A stretch of DNA of 64,000 nt from a bacterium (lineage in GTDB: Bacteria; SAR324; NAC60-12), in contig OZ242383.1 of NCBI GenBank assembly GCA_965209155.1, forward strand, positions 224,001 through 288,000, read 5' to 3'. Positions 20,200-27,935 of this stretch are shown here, piece after piece. The notes under the pieces are model-generated. The model saw only the letters and a list, made by a program, of their open reading frames with translations. It made no database searches and was not told the DNA's origin. How positions within the stretch are numbered: the stretch's first letter is position 1; each line of letters starts with the position of its first letter. Both the position numbers and the translations under genes were made by a program.

Positions 20200-21447
20200 A
20201 TGAAAAATAGAAAAGACATCAAAATACTTTTGAAGACGAAAATCATGAAAGCAGAATTTCAAGGAATGACAAAAGGCTCAGGGCAATATCCGCCATTGAG
20301 AGAGGTGCGAAAGAGTTTTCGACCCGACTGGTACAGACCTCGCCTTGATTCTAAAAAATTTCGAGAACTCAGTCAGCGCAGCGACCTGCAAGCCTGTTTT
20401 CAGACTTTGGGCCACCTGGGTTTGTGGGTGGTTACCGGGGTGCTCTCATTCTTTTTTTTCAAGCAAGAGCTTTGGATCGGTTTTGGCGTTGCTCTCTTTC
20501 TTCATGGTACGGTCGGAACTTTTTTCCAAGGTGCTGCCGTGCACGAATTGGGGCATGGTACGGTTTTTCGCACCCGCAGGCTTAACGATTTTTTTAACAA
20601 AATTTTCAGCACCCTGGGTTGGATCAACATCTATGACTTCAAAATGAGTCATACCTATCACCACCTCTATACCTTACATCCCATTGGTGATCGTGAAGTC
20701 GTTCTTCCGCTCAATCCCAAAATGAGTCTTTTTGACTTCATTCAAATTTTCACCTTCAATTTTACCAGCACTTTTGAATCATTCGGTCTCATTCCGCGAT
20801 GCGATTATTTCATCAATTCAGCGCTCAATCGCTATCCGAAAGGCAAAGCCGTTGGCGCGGGAGAGGAAGAAGGCGATTGGCTGCAGGCGCTATACGAAGG
20901 TGAACCGGAAAAACGCAGCAAAGCCGTCCATTGGGCTCGAATAGTGCTTGGATTTCATGCCCTGGTCATACTTTTTTCAGTGGCCATCGGGGAGCCCATA
21001 CTGATCCTTCTCATTTCGGGGAGCGCATTTACGGCAAACTGGCTGAGAAGCTTCGTCGGTGGTGTGATGCACACCGGTTTGATGCAAAATGTACCCGACA
21101 TCCGCCTGAATACCCGGAGTAATACCTTGGATCCCATATCCGAATTTCTGTATTGGCATATGAACTGGCATATCGAACACCATATGTATCCAGGGGTCCC
21201 CTGTTACAATTTGAAAAAATTGCATGAAGCAACCAAAGAGGACATGCCCCAACCCCGTACTTTGATTGGTGCCTGGCGAGAGGTGCATGCCATCTGGCGC
21301 AAGCAGCAAGAAGATCCGAATTATGAATTTGAAACCCCTTTGCCACCCACTGCCCATCGTGCTGTGACTAAAACCAAACAAGCGAAAGCAGTGGACGTGT
21401 TGGAATCTGAATGGGTGAGTAAAATTGCTCCGCAAGGCTTTCAGTAG
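20200..21447 (+). CDS. Fatty acid desaturase family membrane di-iron enzyme (start uncertain)
   Basis: Three His boxes (HELGH, HTYHH, HIEHH) plus hydrophobic segments. Confidence 0.85.
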   Translation: MKNRKDIKILLKTKIMKAEFQGMTKGSGQYPPLREVRKSFRPDWYRPRLDSKKFRELSQRSDLQACFQTLGHLGLWVVTGVLSFFFFKQELWIGFGVALFLHGTVGTFFQGAAVHELGHGTVFRTRRLNDFFNKIFSTLGWINIYDFKMSHTYHHLYTLHPIGDREVVLPLNPKMSLFDFIQIFTFNFTSTFESFGLIPRCDYFINSALNRYPKGKAVGAGEEEGDWLQALYEGEPEKRSKAVHWARIVLGFHALVILFSVAIGEPILILLISGSAFTANWLRSFVGGVMHTGLMQNVPDIRLNTRSNTLDPISEFLYWHMNWHIEHHMYPGVPCYNLKKLHEATKEDMPQPRTLIGAWREVHAIWRKQQEDPNYEFETPLPPTAHRAVTKTKQAKAVDVLESEWVSKIAPQGFQ

Positions 21448-21537
21448 TATTTGAAAGTGCGGGGTATGAAATTCCAGGGAAGAAACGAAGTTATTTTAGA
21501 CGTCATAATTTGTCCAGGACTTCTTCTGTTTTCATTC

Positions 21538-22368
21538 CTACATTCCAAGCGGATCCGGACAGTTGCGAAAGCCTTGATCCAGTCCATTCAGAATCTCCAT
21601 CTGTGACGCACTCAGGTTGAAATCAAAGACATCCGCATTTTCTTCAATTCGTTGAGGACGAACCGATTTGGGAATCACAGTCTGACCACGCTGCAATGCC
21701 CAACGGATCATAACCTGGGCAGCTGTTTTTTGAGATTCTTTTGCAATGCGTCGAATGCTGGGATCGTTGAAACGATGACCCCGGACAAGCGGACAATAAC
21801 CGGTGAGATGAATTTTTTCTTGCAGACAGAATGAGACGATGGTTTGTTGTTGTTGGAAGGGATTGAGTTCGATTTGGTTGACGACGGGACGCGCGTTTCC
21901 GTTCTCCAATAATTCTTTTATATGTTTGGGGGCAAAATTGCTGACGCCTATCGAACGACTGCGACCTTCTTGCCGGATGCGTTCCAGGGCACGCCATGTT
22001 TGCAAATTGGATCCCCTTGATGGCCAATGAATCAAGTAAAGATCCACAAAGTCCAATTTCATCCTCTTCAAGCTCTTGTCGAATGCTCTCAGAGCCGCAT
22101 CGTAACCATGATCGGAATTCCACAGTTTGGTGGTGAGAAACACCTCTTCTCTCTCGAGACCCGACGCGCGAAAGGCATCTCCAACGTCTTTCTCATTTCC
22201 ATACATCTGCGCCGTATCGACATGCCGGTATCCGCTCTGCAAAGCATACAATGTTGCGTTAAAAGTCTCCTTTCCGGAGTGAGCTTCCCAGACTCCAAGC
22301 CCTAGTAACGGCATACGATTACCGTCCCGAAGCGTGATATGGCTGTCGATCTTTAGAGACTGATTCAT
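21538..22368 (-). CDS. Aldo/keto reductase
   Basis: GYRHVDTAQMYGNE, TTKLW, DLYLIHWP, GVSNF and IPKS motifs. Confidence 0.95.
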   Translation of the reverse strand: MNQSLKIDSHITLRDGNRMPLLGLGVWEAHSGKETFNATLYALQSGYRHVDTAQMYGNEKDVGDAFRASGLEREEVFLTTKLWNSDHGYDAALRAFDKSLKRMKLDFVDLYLIHWPSRGSNLQTWRALERIRQEGRSRSIGVSNFAPKHIKELLENGNARPVVNQIELNPFQQQQTIVSFCLQEKIHLTGYCPLVRGHRFNDPSIRRIAKESQKTAAQVMIRWALQRGQTVIPKSVRPQRIEENADVFDFNLSASQMEILNGLDQGFRNCPDPLGM

Positions 22369-22442
22369 ATTAAATTTTCAAATTGATTTTGCGGTCTTTT
22401 CACACTGGCACACTGCGGCGAAAGTCTGTACATGACCTCTGT

Positions 22443-22575
22443 GTCATTTCCGCGCGGACGGAAATCCAGGGTTACTGAGATAGGGCAACCGATTCTGGGG
22501 ATGGTCATTCCCGCGCAGACGGGAATCCAAGGTATTGAAACGAACCCTGGATTCCGGGTCTGCGCCCGGAATGAC
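22443..22575. repeat. REP-like palindromic repeat cluster (GTCATTCCCGCG...GGGAATCC type)
   Basis: Copies at 22443 and 22504, and an inverted copy at 22547-22575. Confidence 0.75.
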
Positions 22576-22780
22576 AACGCTGCCTATGACCGGAAAGTGA
22601 AAAAACATGTACTCGCTTTTACCCTACGGAATTGTGTTTCATAAAATATAGCCGGTTTGGGATTTCATTGGCAAGGGATAAACCACATTCCAAGTTCTAA
22701 TATTGCAAGTATGATTACATTTCTGAATTTTTCGTTACTTAAAATTTTCAGAAATATTCCATCTACTCGACTTTGAACTA

Positions 22781-23599
22781 TCAATGAAACACAATGCCAC
22801 CATCGACGTTGATTGCCTGACCGGTGACGTTTTCAGCAGTTGCCAGGTAGACGGCTAATTGGCCAATGTCCTCAGGGGTTTGGGGACGGCCGAGAGGGGG
22901 AATCGTTTGGATTCGTTGCCAGGCTTGCTCTTTTGACTCCTCGCCCTCTCTATATCCCTCAGATAAATATTCAAACATTTGCGTACCGATGATCCCAGGA
23001 CAAATCGCATTGACCCGAACGTTGGCAGGAGCCAGTTCCTTTGCCAGGGCATTGGTGAAACCCACCACGGCGAATTTCGAGGCGCAGTAATGAGCTTGTT
23101 TTGGAACTCCCATTTTCCCGGCAATCGAGGCAATGTTGATAATACATCCTCCGTTTTGGGCTTTCATGACGGGGATTGCCGCCTGACACGAGAAGAAGAC
23201 CCCTTTCGCATTGACGGCAAAAGTGAGATCCCAAGCCTCCTCACTCAATGCTTCGACGAGTGAGAGAGTGATCACCCCGGCATTGCAAACGAGGATATGC
23301 AGGTGACCGAGTTGCTCGATTGTCTCCTCAACCATTCGTCGCGTATCCTCTTTCTTAGTGACATCCGCCTGCAGCGCAATCGCCCGCCGGCCCAGGGCCA
23401 GAATGTCGCTGGAGGTCGACCTGGCGTCAGTCAGTCCCCCAACTGCTGCAGTACCATATTGTTGCATCGTACTGGATAACTGCTCGACATCTGCGATGGC
23501 GATATCCACACCGGCTTGGGCAAGAGCGATTGCAATACCGCGCCCAATCCCTCGTGCCCCTCCCGTAACCAGGGCCACTTTTCCCTCGAGTGATTCCAT
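22781..23599 (-). CDS. Short-chain dehydrogenase/reductase
   Basis: TGGARGIG, NAG, YCASK and NVDGG motifs. Confidence 0.95.
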   Translation of the reverse strand: MESLEGKVALVTGGARGIGRGIAIALAQAGVDIAIADVEQLSSTMQQYGTAAVGGLTDARSTSSDILALGRRAIALQADVTKKEDTRRMVEETIEQLGHLHILVCNAGVITLSLVEALSEEAWDLTFAVNAKGVFFSCQAAIPVMKAQNGGCIINIASIAGKMGVPKQAHYCASKFAVVGFTNALAKELAPANVRVNAICPGIIGTQMFEYLSEGYREGEESKEQAWQRIQTIPPLGRPQTPEDIGQLAVYLATAENVTGQAINVDGGIVFH

Positions 23600-23845
23600 G
23601 TCTCTTTCCTTTCTGCTGAGTTTCCCCTCTGAAATTTAAAAAATAAACTTTTAGATTTTTATCAAACTTTTTAAGGATTATGAAGCAATAACAGTGTTAA
23701 AATAAAGAGAATCCGCTAGTGGCGGTTGATTGTAACGCAGAATAAAAGAAAACGATTCAATACGCGAACCTGCAGTTCATATCCTGTTTGTATAGGACAC
23801 CCTCCTGTGAATTGAATCCTGAAAGCATTGAAATGAAAAAATAAA

Positions 23846-24721
23846 ATGATCGAAATAATATCTCATGATTGCGCAGATGACCTCATTTCTTTTTCAGGTG
23901 CCTACCTGGAGTTGAATGAGTGTGAAAATCATTTACCGTATGGTCTGGCATTCGCACTCGCTAAGAACCCCCTCTATTTCGGCTCCAAGTCTCCTCTTCT
24001 GTTGACCATCTTGAAGAAAAAAAATGTAATTGGCGTGGTTGTAATGACGCCACCTTATAGAATCATCTTGAGCAAATTTGAAAAAAGAATCGAAGAGTCA
24101 ATGGTTTTATTAAAACGCTACTTAAAAAGAAACGATACTACAATCACCAGTGTTGTCGGGCCAGAAACCGAAGCCCAGGCATTTTCTGATTGTTGGGCTG
24201 AAGATAAGTACGAGGTATCATCCAGATTGGTTAGGCGAATGCGTGTATTTGAAGCAAGAAAAGTAGCGGATGTGCCTCTTTCACCAGGGAAGCTGAGATT
24301 GGCTGATATGGAAGACCTGTCACTTGTGGCACGTTGGCTTGCTGCTTTTTCAGAGGAAACAAGCCAGTCTGCCGATTTTAATAGAACCAAAAGTCAGGCA
24401 GTGCAACACATCAAGGATCAGCAAATATACATTTGGGATCGCAGGGGGCCGGTCTCTATTGCCAAAGAGTCTCGTCCGACAAAAAATGGTACTACGATTA
24501 ACGCGGTGTACACACCACCTGAGCATCGTAATCAAGGATATGCGACGTCATGCGTTTTGTCGTTGACAAAAAAGCTGCTCTCGCATCACTACTCGTTTTG
24601 TAGCCTATTTACTGATTTATCCAATCCAGCTTCTAACAGCATCTACTCGAAAATCGGCTATATGCCCGTGGGGGATGCATTTGAATTTAATTTATATATT
24701 GGGAAAAAAAATGGACGTTAA
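23846..24721 (+). CDS. GNAT family N-acetyltransferase
   Basis: VYTPPEHRNQGYA and LFTDLSNPASNSIYSKIGY motifs. Confidence 0.88.
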   Translation: MIEIISHDCADDLISFSGAYLELNECENHLPYGLAFALAKNPLYFGSKSPLLLTILKKKNVIGVVVMTPPYRIILSKFEKRIEESMVLLKRYLKRNDTTITSVVGPETEAQAFSDCWAEDKYEVSSRLVRRMRVFEARKVADVPLSPGKLRLADMEDLSLVARWLAAFSEETSQSADFNRTKSQAVQHIKDQQIYIWDRRGPVSIAKESRPTKNGTTINAVYTPPEHRNQGYATSCVLSLTKKLLSHHYSFCSLFTDLSNPASNSIYSKIGYMPVGDAFEFNLYIGKKNGR

Positions 24722-25049
24722 GGCCTATCTGATCAAGCTGAAGGAAGACTCTGGGGACCAAGTGTTTATGTGGGCAAGCGAGATAAATCGGCGTAAGGAT
24801 GAAGCTTTGGCCACATTGCATGTGGAAGGAGTAAAAATTGAATCTTGGTTTCTTCTTAAGCTGAATGGAGAAGATTATCTCATCTGCTACATTCGTTCCC
24901 AAGACATGGAACTTGCGCAGCAGGTCGCAAAGGAGTCGATTCACGATATTGATAAATATCACAAACAATTCAAAAGGGACACTTGGGTTCGAGGATCGGT
25001 GACGGAACTGGAATTGCTTGTGGATCTTTGCCAGGGGGGAGATGGTTGA
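24711..25049 (+). CDS. Small conserved protein, DUF6176-like
   Basis: EALATL..EGVKIESWF...IDKYHKQFK pattern; overlaps the upstream stop. Confidence 0.6.
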   Translation: MDVKAYLIKLKEDSGDQVFMWASEINRRKDEALATLHVEGVKIESWFLLKLNGEDYLICYIRSQDMELAQQVAKESIHDIDKYHKQFKRDTWVRGSVTELELLVDLCQGGDG

Positions 25050-25135
25050 AATAGTTGCTTAGACACGGCACATTTTCTTCTATGGCTTTTCACCGAAAAA
25101 GAGTTCGAAAAGGAATCTTTATTACGACTTCTGAT

Positions 25136-25768
25136 ATGTATATACCAACTTTATTTAAGGAATCGCGCCCGGAAGTTCTCAAGTCCTTCATTGCAAAGCA
25201 TGCCTTTGCGACCCTGCTGACCTCGAGCGAAAGCGGCATTGAAGGATCCCATCTTCCCTTTATCTATTACTCCGAGAGAGGAATCCACGGTCACCTTGTG
25301 GGTCATATGGCGAAGGAAAATCACCAATGGAAGCGGCTCGAGTCTTCAGATGAAGTTTTGGTAATCTTCCAAGGACCCCATTGTTACATTTCTCCCACAT
25401 GGTACAAAAGCGAATTGGCTCCTCCCACTTGGAACTATGCGGTAGTTCATGTTTACGGAAAGCCACGACTGGTCTTTGAAGAATCAGCACTACGTGAAAT
25501 TCTCGAAAAGCTTGTCTCAATTTACGAATCACAACAAAATCGGCCATGGTCTATCCCATGGCATGACAAAAGATATAGGGACATGCTCAATGCCATTGTT
25601 GGTTTCGAAATTTCAGTCAACCGTATTGAGGGCAAATTCAAACTGAGCCAGAATCGACCAAATGCCGACCAGCAAAATGTGATCGATGTTCTCACAAATT
25701 CAATCATTGATGCCGAGCAGAAAGTTGGGTATTTGATGATGCAGATACGTGACAATAATGCCTTATAA
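25136..25768 (+). CDS. PaiB-like FMN-binding negative transcriptional regulator
   Basis: MYIP.LF, SHLPF, FQGPHCYISPTWY, PTWNY and GKFKLSQNR motifs. Confidence 0.88.
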   Translation: MYIPTLFKESRPEVLKSFIAKHAFATLLTSSESGIEGSHLPFIYYSERGIHGHLVGHMAKENHQWKRLESSDEVLVIFQGPHCYISPTWYKSELAPPTWNYAVVHVYGKPRLVFEESALREILEKLVSIYESQQNRPWSIPWHDKRYRDMLNAIVGFEISVNRIEGKFKLSQNRPNADQQNVIDVLTNSIIDAEQKVGYLMMQIRDNNAL

Positions 25769-25897
25769 AATACGGTTTGCGTTGCAATCTGTCACCGAGT
25801 TTGTAAACAGTGAAAAAGATTATCGAAATGCCTGAGATTAATGGCCGAGTTAGAAAATTCCTCATTACTCCGAATCCTACATAACAAATAAACTGCT

Positions 25898-26590
25898 TTG
25901 GTACACACCCCCCGCCTGCTTGGACAAGTTGTAAGACAAATTGCTCATGTTGAATCGCCTCGAAAGATCAGCTACAAAGGCAAGTATGTTGTGTTGTCGC
26001 CAGTCAACCCGGAAGTCGATGTTGAAGAACTTTATGAATGCTCCCATGGTTCGTATATAAAAGAACTGGTATGGACCTACATGGGTTACGGTCCCTTTAA
26101 CAGCATACTCAGTATGCAAAAGTGGCTCGAGGAAATGGCAAATTCGAATGATCCACTCTTCTTCACAGTTAAAAATTGTGAAAGTGAACAACGTGTCGGG
26201 ATGGTGAGTTTTTTAAACATGGCTTCAGTTATGCTAAGACTGGAACTTGGACACATTTGGTATTCGCCTGATGCTCAAAGGTCGAAGGTAAACACAGAGG
26301 CTGTTTATCTGATGCTTTGCGAAGCTTTCGATAGACTGAAATATCGCCGCGTCGAATGGAAGTGTGATTCCCTGAACATAAGGTCTCGTTCGGCTGCACT
26401 ACGACTTGGTTTTAAATTTGAAGGCGTCTTCAGACAGCACATGATCATTAAAGGTCGAAATAGGGATACTGCCTGGTATTCAATGTTGGATAGTGAATGG
26501 GTTGCTATAAAGAGGAATATTGAGATTTGGTTGTATCATAACCCAGACAAAATATTGTCATTAACAGAGCTCAACGGTACCAAGGACTAA
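25898..26590 (+). CDS. GNAT family (RimJ/RimL-like) acetyltransferase (start uncertain)
   Basis: ELGHIWYS, YRRVEWKCDSLN, RLGFKFEGVFRQH and KGRNRDTAWYS motifs. Confidence 0.88.
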   Translation: MVHTPRLLGQVVRQIAHVESPRKISYKGKYVVLSPVNPEVDVEELYECSHGSYIKELVWTYMGYGPFNSILSMQKWLEEMANSNDPLFFTVKNCESEQRVGMVSFLNMASVMLRLELGHIWYSPDAQRSKVNTEAVYLMLCEAFDRLKYRRVEWKCDSLNIRSRSAALRLGFKFEGVFRQHMIIKGRNRDTAWYSMLDSEWVAIKRNIEIWLYHNPDKILSLTELNGTKD

Positions 26591-26871
26591 GAGTAGAACT
26601 GTGGTAAACACCGTTTTCTCACAGCCGGGAGCATTTGATGAATATTAAGTTTGGAGACCACGAACCCAAGAAAACCAAGCTAATTCCCAAATTTTAAATT
26701 GCTGACCTTCCCTACTCAGGTTTGATAAAAATGAAAAATATTCGATAAGACTTGATCATGAAATTGTTTTGCAATTCTAATTCAAGTACACCAATAAAAA
26801 ATGTGTGAAGTGGGTACCTGTTGTTAGTGAATAAAAAAAGCAAATTTATTCTTTTTGACAAGGTAAAGACA

Positions 26872-27090
26872 ATGCAGAAAAATTTTCCTAGCACCACAGC
26901 ACAGCTATTTCAAGAAATTGAAACTACCCCCATCGAGTATCAACCCTTGTTACTCAAAATGGAGCAATTATTTAAAGAAGGCATGACCCTGAAATCTTCA
27001 GAAAAAAGTTTTCGTCAGGGTTGGGAGGAGACCCTGACAGGTGAGACCCTCGCGATTGAAAATTTGTGGGATGGGATTGACGCTGAATGA
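26872..27090 (+). CDS. Putative orphan type II antitoxin
   Basis: 72 aa ending SFRQGWEETLTGETLAIENLWDGIDAE, a pattern I recall upstream of RelE/ParE toxins; the overlapping ATGA frame stops after 9 codons. Confidence 0.5.
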   Translation: MQKNFPSTTAQLFQEIETTPIEYQPLLLKMEQLFKEGMTLKSSEKSFRQGWEETLTGETLAIENLWDGIDAE

Positions 27091-27475
27091 GTAGGAATGT
27101 GTTCACAAACGATTGAATAGCCCCGATTTTCGCTCCAATACACGCTCCATCCGTCTCAATCCATTCTTTGAATTTCTCTATTGGTTCATAAATTGGCATG
27201 CTGAGCAACATGTATGCCGGTGTGTCGTGTTACAAGCTGAGCTATCAATTTTTGCTATTTCCGAAAAAAATGATTTCGCATAAAAAATGTTTGCATTTTA
27301 TAATTTTTTTCTATAATCTGTCTCTAAAAGATTATGATAAAAAATATATCGGTTGCAATCGACGGGTTGAAACTATTGTCTATTGTCCGTATATATCAAT
27401 TATTTCAATGATTAATAAGATTAAGTTAGTCGATTCGATAATCGGGTCAGAAAAAAATAAAAATATAATTATTGT

Positions 27476-27504
27476 TTGATTCTTCAAAATTAATTAATTA
27501 TAAT
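27476..27504 (+). promoter_or_regulatory. Sigma70-like promoter for the blaI-like operon
   Basis: TTGATT-N17-TATAAT ending 43 nt upstream of the ATG; AAGGAG RBS. Confidence 0.5.
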
Positions 27505-27547
27505 AATTGCAGATACTAACAAAAATCAGAAAAACATAAGGAGATGA

Positions 27548-27916
27548 ATGGTAGAAAAGATCAGCAATGCGGAACGGGTCGTGATGGAGGTTTTATGGGA
27601 AAAATCACCGTTATCGGCCCAAGAGGTGGTTGAAGCCGTTGCCCTGCAAAAGGACATGCATGAGAAAACCGTGAAGACGCTGTTGAACCACTTGTTAAAG
27701 AAAAAGATTTTGGGGTTCGATAAGGAAAAGAGAAAATATCTGTATTATCCCTTACTCAGCCGAAAAGCATACGTGCAATTTGAAAATAAAAAATTTTTGG
27801 AGAATTGGTTTGGTGACAAAGTCTCGCATCAATTACTGGTCAGTTTTGCGGCAAAGGAATTATTGAGCAAGCAAGAAATCGAGGAATTGAAAAAACTATT
27901 AGATGAAATGGATTGA
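27548..27916 (+). CDS. BlaI/MecI/CopY family transcriptional repressor
   Basis: ISNAERVVMEVLW, TVKTLL..L.KK, YLYYPL and LSKQEIEELKKLL motifs. Confidence 0.93.
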   Translation: MVEKISNAERVVMEVLWEKSPLSAQEVVEAVALQKDMHEKTVKTLLNHLLKKKILGFDKEKRKYLYYPLLSRKAYVQFENKKFLENWFGDKVSHQLLVSFAAKELLSKQEIEELKKLLDEMD

Positions 27917-27935
27917 TCCATTGAGGAGGTGTTGA

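Noticed and set aside
19954..20262. Short minus-strand ORFs upstream of the desaturase
   Set aside because: No clear RBS or recognisable motif; they overlap the probable desaturase promoter region.
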